Part shown: in pieces, positions 7,798 to 16,536 of the stretch
Position numbering within the stretch: the stretch's first letter is position 1
Layout: each line of letters opens with the position of its first letter
Assembly: GCA_031409655.1 (NCBI GenBank)
Contig: JANNXQ010000045.1
Location: forward strand, 1-16,942
Origin: Chthoniobacteraceae bacterium
GTDB taxonomy: Bacteria; Verrucomicrobiota; Verrucomicrobiia; Chthoniobacterales; Chthoniobacteraceae
Reading direction: 5' to 3'
Length of the DNA: 16,942 nt
Position numbers and translations under genes: made by a program
The notes under the pieces: model-generated
Told to the model about the DNA's origin: nothing
The model's input: the letters and a program-made list of their open reading frames with translations, nothing else
Database searches by the model: none

Positions 7798-8055
7798 TTC
7801 GGGCTCTAACAGAGTCAGAAAGATGGCCGGAGAAGCTCTTAGAGCTCTAAATGGGCCGGAATGCATAATTTCCATACAACTAGAGCTCTAAGAGGGCTTC
7901 CGGCCTCGCAGGGTTGAGAATGGGAACTCTAAGTCTCTCAAAATTGCCCTTTCCAAGGCACTTAGAGTTCTAAGTGGGTTGGAAAGGACAATTCTGGCGC
8001 GTTTAGAGTTCTAAGAGCTGCAAAATTTCCCTTTCCGGCACGGTTAGAGTTTTTC
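7798..8055. repeat. Array of seven 12-bp palindromic repeats (consensus TTAGAGYTCTAA) with 29-bp spacers, exact 41-bp period
   Basis: Copies start at 7798, 7839, 7880, 7921, 7962, 8003 and 8044. Confidence 0.92.
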
Positions 8056-8247
8056 GCGGTTGGGAAATTTGGCGGTGGCTTCCCTTTGGGGCCGAGGAGC
8101 GTCCTAACCCCGGTGGATGGCGCGCTCCGCCGCGCGATGGGATGCTCTGCGCGCAGCGCCATGCTGGGAAAGATGGGCCTGCGGCGGCGGTGTGGCATGG
8201 CGCGGCGGAGCGCACCATCCACCGAGGCAGAATATTTCAAAAGGCGG

Positions 8248-9582
8248 TTAGGGCAGTTCGATGTGATCGCGCCAGCCGGGCGGGGGGACGAAGCGGCGAA
8301 GGATCGACACGGCGTCGAGGCCGTTCGGGAAGTGGCGGCCATTGAGCGTCAGCGGGACGGTGGAGGGATGGAAATCCGCGAAGGGGGCGTAGGGGAAGCG
8401 GCGGTGATTGGCGAGCAGGCGGATTTTTTCGGCGTCGTAACCCATGAGCTTCGCCATGGCGAAGTCGATGAGGAAGGGATTGCGCGCGGCGAGCAGGACA
8501 TTTGCGGCGACCGGGAGCGGTTGCAGCGGGCCATTGCCTTCGCCGGCGACGAGTCCGTCCATGATCGAAAGGACGGTGCGCTGCGGTTCGGCGCGCAGCG
8601 GGCCGCCATCCGCGTGGGCCATGAGGATGATCATGTTCAGGTCATAGACCATGCGCCAGATGGAGTCGTTCCCATACCAGGAGCCGGAGCCGACGTAGAA
8701 TTGCCCGCCGAGATTTTCCCGTGTGCCCACGGTCTCGATGCCGCGCGCTTTTTTGATCAGCTCCCAACCGGTCTTCAGGGTCTTAAAGAGGAACTTTGAC
8801 TTTTTCTGAAAGCGCTCCCGCAGCCGCGCCTGCCAGTAGAAGACCTTTGAGACATCGTCGGGAAACTCATCACCGCCCTGCGCCGGGCAGCCGAGTTGGT
8901 GATGCACGAGATGCGCCTTGGAGCCATTGATGCCGACGAGATTTTTCAGCGCGCCGGTGATGCCCGTTTTCTGGTGCGTCTTCATCTTGGGTAAGTTGAT
9001 GAAGAAGTCCGCCTCCAGGATGGTCCGCGCGATGAGGTAACGATGCAGGCCTTTGCGATGCACGCTCACGGTCTCCGCGGGATCGTAGTCCGAGACGCGA
9101 AAGGAGTCCGCATTGTGGCTCACTTCTTCGAGCAGGCTGCTGCCGTCGATAATGATCTCGGTGTAGCCGAGCGGATCGCCCGGATGCCCGGAGTCCAGCT
9201 CCATGAAGCCGCCGACGGGCCGCCAGCGTTCGCGGCGGAGATCGAGAAACTGGATCGTCGGTCCGGTGCGTTCGCGATATTTCTCGATGAGTCGGAAGAC
9301 CCCGCTCTGCCGGATGAGCAGGTCCCAATCGCAGGTCTGCAACGGCACATCGCCCACGGTGATTTTTTCCAGCCCCGGATACTTCGCGAGACATGCCTCG
9401 ATCGTGGCCTCGATGAGCGCGGTGCTCGTGACCAGCGCCTCGATGGGAAACTCCGGGCGCTCGGCGTGTTTTACCCAATTCGGTTTCAGCACCACTTTCC
9501 GAAACTCGCCGTCGGGCAGGTTTCGGGAGACGAAGGTGCGCAGATCGGGGTCCGCGCCCAGAGCGATGTCGAGTGCAATCAT
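8248..9582 (-). CDS. DUF362 domain protein (putative Fe-S protein), about 444 aa
   Basis: VVLKPNWV, ITVGDVP, ADFFINLPKMKTHQKTGITGALKNLVG and DGLVAGEGNGP motifs. Confidence 0.88.
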   Translation of the reverse strand: MIALDIALGADPDLRTFVSRNLPDGEFRKVVLKPNWVKHAERPEFPIEALVTSTALIEATIEACLAKYPGLEKITVGDVPLQTCDWDLLIRQSGVFRLIEKYRERTGPTIQFLDLRRERWRPVGGFMELDSGHPGDPLGYTEIIIDGSSLLEEVSHNADSFRVSDYDPAETVSVHRKGLHRYLIARTILEADFFINLPKMKTHQKTGITGALKNLVGINGSKAHLVHHQLGCPAQGGDEFPDDVSKVFYWQARLRERFQKKSKFLFKTLKTGWELIKKARGIETVGTRENLGGQFYVGSGSWYGNDSIWRMVYDLNMIILMAHADGGPLRAEPQRTVLSIMDGLVAGEGNGPLQPLPVAANVLLAARNPFLIDFAMAKLMGYDAEKIRLLANHRRFPYAPFADFHPSTVPLTLNGRHFPNGLDAVSILRRFVPPPGWRDHIELP

Positions 9583-9665
9583 CGGCAGGGAGCGCGGGAA
9601 GGTAGCGGGTTGGGGGAGCGTGTAAATCAGGGATGCCACGAGCCGGCGCGGTCGGGATGGAAGAG

Positions 9666-9761
9666 AACGCCAAACTTCAAACGCCAAAGGACTCGCGCAC
9701 CCGGAGCAGTCGCGCACTCTTCGTTTAAAGTTTGGCGTTTAGCGTTTGAAGTTTGGCGTTT
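9666..9761. repeat. Inverted heptamer tandem repeats (AAACGCC/AAACTTC type) forming a hairpin
   Basis: 9666-9688 versus the reverse complement of 9738-9760: 22/23 identical. Confidence 0.85.
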
Positions 9762-9800
9762 ACTCCGCGCTCCGCGTTCGGACTCGATCCAGCCCACCAG

Positions 9801-10781
9801 TCAAGCGCGGTGCCGCCAGCGGTCGAGGGCGACGGCGGCGATGATGATGCCGCCGGTGACGATCTCCTGCACCCAGTTCGCGAGGTTCATTTTGGTGCAG
9901 CCATTCGCAACCACGGTCATGACCAGGGCGCCGATCACGGAGCCGAAGACGGAGCCTTCGCCGCCATTCAAGCTCGCGCCGCCGATGACGACGGCGGCGA
10001 TGACGGCGAGTTCGAGGCCGGCGGCGGTGGTGGGATCGCCGACGGTGAGATAGGAAAATTGCAGCACTCCGGCGATGCCCGCGAAGGCGAGGCCGACGGT
10101 GTAGATGAGGAGTTTCGTCCTCTGCACGGGCACGCCGCAGAGCCGCGCGGTCTGTTCATTGGACCCGATGGCGAAGACGTGACGACCGAAGCGCGTGTAG
10201 CGCAGCAGCGCGGCGACGAGCACGGTGAGCGCGAGCATGAGCCAGACGCCGGGGGGAAGAAGCATCCAGCGATTCGTCGGGCGGAGGCTGGTCAGGAGGC
10301 CATTGAGCCAGGTGGTCGGTGCGGAGACGATGGACTCGTGCGCGAGCCCCTTCGCCGCGCCGCGCAGGGCGCCCCACATTCCCAAAGTGACGATGAACGG
10401 CGTGAGCCCGAGCCGCGTGATGAGCAGGCCAATGAGGGCTCCGCAAAGCGCGCCGACGCCGATGCCGCCGAGGGCCGCCAGGAGCGGCGGGACGCCGAGC
10501 GAAAGTAGCAGCGCCACGGCAACCGTGCAGAGCGCGATATTTGAACCGATGGAAAGATCGATGCCGCCGGAGATGATGATGAGCGTCATGCCGAGTGCCG
10601 CGGTGCCCACGACGGCGGTCTGGAGGAGCATGATCTGAAAATTGTCCGCGGTGAGAAAGCTGTGCGGGCGCAGTACGCCGAAGAGCGCGACGACGAAGAT
10701 GAGTCCGAGCAGCGGACCGAGCCGCGCAAGGAGCAGGGGCGAGCGTGGCCTCGGCCATGATGCGGTGCTCGTCGCATTCAC
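9801..10781 (-). CDS. Sugar ABC transporter permease (RbsC-like); start uncertain
   Basis: GMTLIIISGGIDLSIG, PFIVTLG, T.FGRHVFAIGSNE..ARLCGV and ELAVIAAVVIGGASL.GG.G motifs; strongly hydrophobic. Confidence 0.92.
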   Translation of the reverse strand: MNATSTASWPRPRSPLLLARLGPLLGLIFVVALFGVLRPHSFLTADNFQIMLLQTAVVGTAALGMTLIIISGGIDLSIGSNIALCTVAVALLLSLGVPPLLAALGGIGVGALCGALIGLLITRLGLTPFIVTLGMWGALRGAAKGLAHESIVSAPTTWLNGLLTSLRPTNRWMLLPPGVWLMLALTVLVAALLRYTRFGRHVFAIGSNEQTARLCGVPVQRTKLLIYTVGLAFAGIAGVLQFSYLTVGDPTTAAGLELAVIAAVVIGGASLNGGEGSVFGSVIGALVMTVVANGCTKMNLANWVQEIVTGGIIIAAVALDRWRHRA

Positions 10782-12219
10782 TCACAGGTCGCGCGGGGCC
10801 GAGTCGGCCGCGGGACATGACGGCGATGCGATCGCAGATGCCGAGCAGCTCTGGCAGGTAGCTGCTGACGATGAGCACGGCGCGGCCAGCGCAAGCGAGC
10901 TCGTCGATGAGCCGGTAGATCTCGGCCTTGGAACCGACGTCGATGCCGCGCGTCGGTTCGTCCAGCAGCAGGACATCGACGCCGTGTTCGAGCAGCCGCG
11001 CGAGGGCTATCTTCTGCTGATTGCCGCCAGAGAGATCGCCGACGCGCTGCTCGGGATCGCGGCAGCGGATGCCGAGTTTCGCGATCCATTTCTGACTCGC
11101 TGCGGACTGCGCGGCGGGCCGCACAGTGGCGCTGAGGCTGGAAAGGGTGACATTGTCCGCGACGCTCAGGGAAAGGGCGAGGCCCTCGGTCTTGCGATCC
11201 TCGCTGACGAGGCCGACGCCCTGCGCCCAGCGTTGTGCGGGAGAAGCAGGACCGAGGTGCGTCTTCACGGTGATCCGACCGGAGCGCACGGGATCGAGGC
11301 CGAAGATCGCGCGGAGCAATTCCGTGCGGCCAGCGCCGATGAGGCCGGCGATGCCGAGCACTTCGCCGCGGTGCAACGTGAGCGAAGCGCGCGCGGGCTT
11401 GGACACGCCGGCGACATCGGCGAGATCGAGCACGGCCTCGCCGGGCGTGCGCGGGGAGCGCGGATAAAGATCGGCCACCGAGCGACCGACCATGAGCGCG
11501 ACGATCTCCGCATTCGTCGCGCGGGCGGTGTCGCCAGAGCCGACGCTGCGCCCATCGCGCAGGACGGTGAAGCGATCGGAGAGCGCGCGGACTTCTTCGA
11601 GAAAGTGCGAGATGTAGATGATGCCGAGGCCGCGCGCTTTCAGTCGGCGGACGAGATCGAAGAGCCGCTGAATGTCATTCTGCGCGAGACTGCTCGTCGG
11701 TTCATCGAGCACCAGCACGCGCGCGCCCACGGCGACAGCGCGCGCGATTTCCACGAGCTGCTGTTCGGCGATGGCCAGCCGATGCACGGGTGTCTCGGGC
11801 CGGATGTCGCTGCGTCCGAGCTGCGCCATGGCCTCGGTCGCGCGACGGCGCATTTCTTTCCAGTCCACGAAAGGCCCGCGCGTCGGCTCCATCCCGAGGA
11901 CGATGTTTTCCATGACGGAAAGATGCCGCGCGAGCGAGAGCTCCTGATAGATCATCGAGACCCCGGCGCGACGTGCGGCGAGCGGATCTGCGGGCGCGTA
12001 ATTTTCGCCCCCGAGCCACATCCGACCGGCATCGGGCGAGTGCGCGCCGGAGAGGACTTTCATGAGCGTGCTTTTGCCCGCGCCGTTCTCGCCGACGAGG
12101 GCGAGGACCTCCCCGGCGCGCACGGTGAGATCGACGCCGTCCAGAGCCACGGTCGCGCCGAAGCGTTTGGTCACGCCTTCCATGATGAGGAGGTCCATCG
12201 AGGGCGGGGGGGAGGCCAT
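10156..12219 (-). CDS. Sugar ABC transporter ATP-binding protein (RbsA-like, two ABC domains); homologous part ends near 10740 but the frame stays open to 10156
   Basis: GENGAGKST Walker A, VLVLDEPT, LSGGNQQK and LLLDEPTRGIDVG. Confidence 0.9.
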   Translation of the reverse strand: MASPPPSMDLLIMEGVTKRFGATVALDGVDLTVRAGEVLALVGENGAGKSTLMKVLSGAHSPDAGRMWLGGENYAPADPLAARRAGVSMIYQELSLARHLSVMENIVLGMEPTRGPFVDWKEMRRRATEAMAQLGRSDIRPETPVHRLAIAEQQLVEIARAVAVGARVLVLDEPTSSLAQNDIQRLFDLVRRLKARGLGIIYISHFLEEVRALSDRFTVLRDGRSVGSGDTARATNAEIVALMVGRSVADLYPRSPRTPGEAVLDLADVAGVSKPARASLTLHRGEVLGIAGLIGAGRTELLRAIFGLDPVRSGRITVKTHLGPASPAQRWAQGVGLVSEDRKTEGLALSLSVADNVTLSSLSATVRPAAQSAASQKWIAKLGIRCRDPEQRVGDLSGGNQQKIALARLLEHGVDVLLLDEPTRGIDVGSKAEIYRLIDELACAGRAVLIVSSYLPELLGICDRIAVMSRGRLGPARPVSECDEHRIMAEATLAPAPCAARSAARTHLRRRALRRTAPAQLSHRGQFSDHAPPDRRRGHRGTRHDAHHHLRRHRSFHRFKYRALHGCRGAATFARRPAAPGGPRRHRRRRALRSPHWPAHHAARAHAVHRHFGNVGRPARRGEGARARVHRLRTDHLAQWPPDQPPPDESLDASSPRRLAHARAHRARRRAAALHALRSSRLRHRVQ

Positions 12220-12264
12220 GCACTAAGAGGAGCGGCTATGACTCAACATCCGAAACTCGGGATT

Positions 12265-12378
12265 AACGTCGAACATCGAACATCGAACTTTGAACATCGA
12301 ACATTGAATGAACCTGTCGGAGGCTCGTGGGTTCCTTAGGATGTTGGGGCGGGAGTTCGATGTTCGATGTTCGACGTT
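12265..12378. repeat. Inverted heptamer tandem repeats (AACATCG)n
   Basis: Six heptamers at 12265-12306; 12355-12378 is the perfect reverse complement of 12265-12288. Confidence 0.9.
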
Positions 12379-12380
12379 TC

Positions 12381-13367
12381 TTACATTAACGGCAGCCCCA
12401 GAAGCTCCTTGATCTCCGGCGTGCTGAGATTCTCCGTCGTCACCAGCGCCACTCCGCTATCCACCACCGCCGGCACTTTCTCTCCACGCCGCTGCGCCAT
12501 CATCGCCTTCACGCCTTCATAGCCCATCTTCGTCGGATTCTGCGCGACGAGCGCCTGGATCTCTCCTTTTTGCAGCGCCTCGACGAGCGGGGGCGAGGTG
12601 TCGAAGCCGACAAACTTAGCCTTCCCCACGAGATTATTCTGCCGCAGCGCGAGGAGCATTCCGAAGGTCAGCGATTCATTGGAGCAGAAGATGCCGTCGG
12701 CTTCGCGGAGGAGTTCGAGCATATTCATCGCCGTGGTCTGCGCCTCGCTCGCGGTCGCACCGCCGAAGCGATTTTCCACGAGCATCTGGAGGTCCGGGTG
12801 CTGCTTCATCACGGAGAGAAATCCTTCCTCGCGTTCCACGGTGCTGGCCGAACCTTCCTGGTAACGCAGCAGGACCACCTTGCCTTTGCCGCCGAGCAAA
12901 CGCGCGAGTTCCTGACCGGCGATTTCGCCCCCGAGCCGATTGTTCGTGCCGACGTAGTTCACGAAATCCTTGCCCGCTTCGCCCTTGAGCGCGGAGTCGA
13001 TGATCACGACGGGAATCCCCTTCCCCATCGCGGCCTCCACGGGTCGGCGCAGGGCGATGTCATCAAGCGGCGCGAGGACGATGCCGCTCACGCCTTCCGA
13101 GGTGAATTGCTCGACGATCTTGATCTGCTCTGCGCGGTCACTCTCTTTGAGCGGCCCTTTCCAGAGGATCTCGACGCCGAGTTCCGCGCCCGCTTTGCGC
13201 GCCCCGGCTTCCACGGATTTCCAATGGACGTGGGTGGTGCCTTTCGGGATCACCGCGATCCGCTCCGCGCTGGTGCCGGGAGTGGCGCCGGAGGGCGGGG
13301 CTTTTTCGCAGGCGGCGAAAAGGGTGGCGGCGAGGCTGGCGAGCGGGAGGAGTCTGGGGAGGCGCAT
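12381..13367 (-). CDS. Sugar ABC transporter substrate-binding lipoprotein (RbsB-like), 328 aa
   Basis: Lipobox-like LFAAC; IAVIPKG, GIVLAPLD, GIPVVIIDS, VGFD and ALVAQNP.KMGY motifs. Confidence 0.92.
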   Translation of the reverse strand: MRLPRLLPLASLAATLFAACEKAPPSGATPGTSAERIAVIPKGTTHVHWKSVEAGARKAGAELGVEILWKGPLKESDRAEQIKIVEQFTSEGVSGIVLAPLDDIALRRPVEAAMGKGIPVVIIDSALKGEAGKDFVNYVGTNNRLGGEIAGQELARLLGGKGKVVLLRYQEGSASTVEREEGFLSVMKQHPDLQMLVENRFGGATASEAQTTAMNMLELLREADGIFCSNESLTFGMLLALRQNNLVGKAKFVGFDTSPPLVEALQKGEIQALVAQNPTKMGYEGVKAMMAQRRGEKVPAVVDSGVALVTTENLSTPEIKELLGLPLM

Positions 13368-13466
13368 GGCGAAGGTTCTGCCGTGCCGGAGCGGGGCTGA
13401 CGAGCCTGAGTTGCGCAGGCGGATTTCGCGCTGGCGCCCGCTTCAAGATGGGCAGAACATTTCTCC

Positions 13467-14240
13467 ATGAAGACGAACCGTTCCCCTATCCTCACCACCA
13501 CCATCGCGATTGCCGCTGCGGCTCTCGTGACGCTCACTGCTCCTGCCCAAGCCGGAAAGACGCTGGAAGAGCGCAAGGCAGAAACCAAAACCGCGATCAT
13601 GGCGAAACGCTCGGAAGGTACTTCGGCGTTTTATCAGGAGCTGGAAAAGCAGGGTCGCGCGCTGATCGCGGAGTTTCCCGACAAGGCGGAGGCCTACGAA
13701 TACTTGATGAGCGTGGCTTCGCAGGCTGATCCGAATAAGGCGCGGGCGATCGCCGGGGAGATCAATGCGGGCAACGCGCCGGACGCGGCGAAGGCGAAAG
13801 CGAAAGCGCTACTGGGCAAACTCGATGCGGTGGGCAAGCCGCTCGACATCAAGTTCACCGCCATCGACGGGCGCGCGGTGGATCTCGCGGCGATGAAGGG
13901 CAAGGTAGTGCTCGTGGATTTCTGGGCGACGTGGTGCGGGCCGTGTGTCGCGGAACTGCCGAAGGTGAAAGCCGCCTACGAACAACTCCATGCGAAAGGC
14001 TTCGAGATCGTCGGGATCAGCTTTGATTCCGACAAGGGCAAGCTGGAGAGTTTCGTGAAAGACAAGGCGATGGCCTGGCCGCAGTTCTTCGACGGGAAGG
14101 GCTGGAAAAACGAATACGGCGTGAAGTACGACATTCGTGGCATCCCGGCGATGTGGCTCGTGGATAAGAAGGGCAATCTGCGCGACATGGCGGCGCGGCA
14201 GGATCTCGAATCGAAAGTGGAAAAGCTGCTCGCGGAGTAG
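13467..14240 (+). CDS. TlpA/ResA-family thiol-disulfide oxidoreductase with signal peptide, 257 aa
   Basis: KGKVVLVDFWATWCGPC, GFEIVGISFD and GIPAMWLVDKKG. Confidence 0.93.
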   Translation: MKTNRSPILTTTIAIAAAALVTLTAPAQAGKTLEERKAETKTAIMAKRSEGTSAFYQELEKQGRALIAEFPDKAEAYEYLMSVASQADPNKARAIAGEINAGNAPDAAKAKAKALLGKLDAVGKPLDIKFTAIDGRAVDLAAMKGKVVLVDFWATWCGPCVAELPKVKAAYEQLHAKGFEIVGISFDSDKGKLESFVKDKAMAWPQFFDGKGWKNEYGVKYDIRGIPAMWLVDKKGNLRDMAARQDLESKVEKLLAE

Positions 14241-14260
14241 CCAGAGGCGCGCAGGCCGTA

Positions 14261-14371
14261 GTGGCACAGGTTTCCAGCCTGGAGTGGTCATGCGGGCATC
14301 CTGCCTGCATCTCCGGGATGAGCCGGCGCCGGCAGGATGCCTCCGCGACCACAACAGGCTGGAAGCCTGCG
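14261..14371. repeat. Nested REP-like palindromes downstream of the TlpA gene
   Basis: Outer arms CACAGGTTTCCAGCCTG / CAGGCTGGAAGCCTGCG; inner arms GGCATCCTGCC / GGCAGGATGCC. Confidence 0.7.
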
Positions 14372-14877
14372 ATGATCGGCATGGCGCGGGCTGCGGAGGT
14401 CGGCTTGCGAGCGGGCGGGCGGGGCGTTGCCGGTCGGGCGCGGCGGGGGAGGTGGGCTCGGGGAGGCGCGTCCTTTTTGGGCAGGCTTCGCCCAGCCGGG
14501 GCCTTGGGATAAAGGCGGCGCCTTATTGGGCGGTGGCTTCCTCGAGCACTTCACGAAAGCGCGAGAGCATCTTCAAGGAGCGAAGATCCTTTTCGGTGAA
14601 GACGGGCGTGGAGTGGGCGCGCGGTGCGGGCAAGCGCGCGCTTCGTGCCAGTACGAGAACGATCGTACAAGTGACAATCAAGTGTCCGCACCGTGTCCCA
14701 TTGCAGGCACTCGGGTTCTTCACTTTCTATGCCGAACGTCTTTGGCTTCGAGCAGGGTCTCCTTGCTCACACGGGAGGGCGTCTGTCGGTCTATGGCGAC
14801 GTCGAGTTGGGTAAGTTTCGTGGCGATGATGCCAAAGTGGACGCTGGCCATGCTGTCCGCGGTGAAGTCGGTGTCAT

Positions 14878-15350
14878 GTAAGCGTCACGCGGCGGACCCT
14901 TGAAGTCCGGTGGTCGTGGATTGCGGCGGCGTTACGCTCCGCAATCGATGACTGAAACCGCTCGAATTTTGAAAGTGGACGCCGCGGGAGCAGCGCGAGC
15001 CGGTGCTCGATGAATTTGAGCGCAGCGGGCTGCCGGCGGCGAAGTTTGCGGCCCACCTCGGGGTCAAGTATTCGACGTTCACTTCGTGGGTGCAAAAGCG
15101 CCGGAAGCGACGGGGTGATGGCGCGGCGCCTGTGCGCCAGGAGCCTGCGGCGTTACGGTGGAGGAGGCGACGGTGGAGGAGGCGAAGGCCGGAGCGGCGC
15201 GGACGTTGACGGCCCATCTGCCAGGCGGGGCGCGCCTGGAGGTGGGCGATGCGGCGCAGGCGGTGCTGGCGGCGCAGTTGTTACGGGCGTTTGGTGGGGG
15301 AGGATCGGCGTGCTGAGTTTTGCGGGCAGCGTGCGGGTGTTCCTAGCGAG
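14878..15350 (+). mobile_element. Decayed IS66-family element: left IR, frameshifted tnpA, first ~13 codons of tnpB
   Basis: Begins GTAAGCGTC (IS66-type end). tnpA pieces MTETARILKVDAAG / LDEFERSGLPAAKFAAHLGVKYSTFTSWV / LPGGARLEV...LAAQLLRA are split by frameshifts (14948-15316). Overlapping GTG-LSFAGSVRVFLA at 15310 resembles the TnpB N-terminus and is then cut off. Confidence 0.85.
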
Positions 15351-15376
15351 GCTCTCGGCGACCTCGGCGACCTCGG

Positions 15377-15412
15377 CTATCCGCGGTCTAAAGATCGCGG
15401 CCCCATTGAAGC
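15377..15412 (+). CRISPR. Solitary 36-bp CRISPR-like direct repeat (type I-G/I-U style); no array
   Basis: CTATCCGCGGTCTAAAGATCGCGGCCCCATTGAAGC has an internal hairpin CCGCGGTC/GATCGCGG and a 3' ATTGAAGC handle. Only one copy and no cas genes are in the window. Confidence 0.6.
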
Positions 15413-15544
15413 TCGCCGCGAGCTTGCCCGAGACGGTTCTCTCCCGAGTTGCCTGGCTCTTGATTTCTGAAGGAGGCGATGACCCGAAGCCGACTAATGG
15501 CGCGGGCCTTCAGATCCGCGCCAGCGTGGCGGTGATCACGAGGG

Positions 15545-16477
15545 TTACTTTTTCGCCGAGGGAGGCTGGGCAGTGAAGTGGCCTGCGGCCTGAACTTTGC
15601 GTCGGTAGATTTTGTCACCGTTTGTAACGTAGAGATACGACAGGCCCGGTCCCGCAAGCGCGCAGCTCGTGAGTGGCTTGTCGAGTTGGGGCTTCGGGAG
15701 CACTCCACACATCCGACCCGTGGGGTCGAAGACTTGCACGCCGAGCGCGCTCGTCACGTAGTAGCGGCCCGCGGCGTCCGTCGTCATCCCATCGCCGCCC
15801 GAGGCGCTTTTAATTGGTGGTGCCTTTCCGCTTTCAAATTTCCCCTCCGGATCGATCGGCATCCGCATCGCCATATACGGAGCTTTCGCGCTGAGCGAGC
15901 CATCGGCCTCGACGCGGAACGTCCACGTATTCTCCCCGCCCATATCGCTCACTGCCAGGGTGCCCTGATCGGGAGACAGCGCGATTCCGTTTGGCTTGGT
16001 GATGCCCGTATCCGCGACGCGCTTCTCCTTTGTCTTCGCATCGAGGAAAGTGACCTGCTTCTTTCCAGTCTCGGTGAAATAGAGGTGGCCGCGATGCGAC
16101 AGGGCGAGGTCGTTCGGTTGCACGTCTTCGGTGAGGATCTCGACGTGCTTTGTCCTGAGGTCGATGGCGATGATGCGTTTCTTCGATCCCTGGCAGCAAT
16201 AGAGTCGGCCATCGGGCCCGAGCTTCATCCCGCTTACGGATTCGTCGGAGAGCTTCGTCTTCGTGCCATCGAGCGCGATTTTGTAGATGCCGGCCTGCTC
16301 GCCCCGCATGTCGCAGTAGAGAAAGTTGCCATCGGCGTCGGTCATCGGGCCATCCGCAAAGCCGAGCCCTTCGGCGACGACCTTCCAATCTTCGCCGTCA
16401 ATGAGCAAAGTATTGAGAGCGAGGTCCTGGGCGTGAACCACCGCGAAGGACGTGAGGGCAAGGAGGGGGAGGATCAT
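15545..16477 (-). CDS. SMP-30/gluconolactonase/LRE-family beta-propeller protein with signal peptide, about 310 aa
   Basis: GFADGP, PNDL, LYFTE, PNGIALSPD, GDGMTTDAAGRYYV and GVQVFDPTG. Confidence 0.92.
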   Translation of the reverse strand: MILPLLALTSFAVVHAQDLALNTLLIDGEDWKVVAEGLGFADGPMTDADGNFLYCDMRGEQAGIYKIALDGTKTKLSDESVSGMKLGPDGRLYCCQGSKKRIIAIDLRTKHVEILTEDVQPNDLALSHRGHLYFTETGKKQVTFLDAKTKEKRVADTGITKPNGIALSPDQGTLAVSDMGGENTWTFRVEADGSLSAKAPYMAMRMPIDPEGKFESGKAPPIKSASGGDGMTTDAAGRYYVTSALGVQVFDPTGRMCGVLPKPQLDKPLTSCALAGPGLSYLYVTNGDKIYRRKVQAAGHFTAQPPSAKK

Positions 16478-16536
16478 GGGTGGAGTAAGGATCAGCGGTG
16501 GTCTGTTGTCAGTAAGTAGCTCGCGCAAACGTGGAG

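Noticed and set aside
5990..7891. 633-aa plus-strand ORF, and similar long ORFs such as 10642-12339, 9043-10053 and 15578-16519
   Set aside because: Antisense shadows of well-supported genes in GC-rich DNA, with no recognisable motifs.
7798..8055. 41-bp array as a canonical CRISPR or TIGR array
   Set aside because: The repeat is only 12 bp, spacers are mutually related, no cas or Nop-domain gene is adjacent, and no dual-repeat box motifs are evident.
15439..15473. Second degenerate CRISPR repeat ending TGAAGG
   Set aside because: Similarity is poor and the implied spacer would be only about 26 bp.
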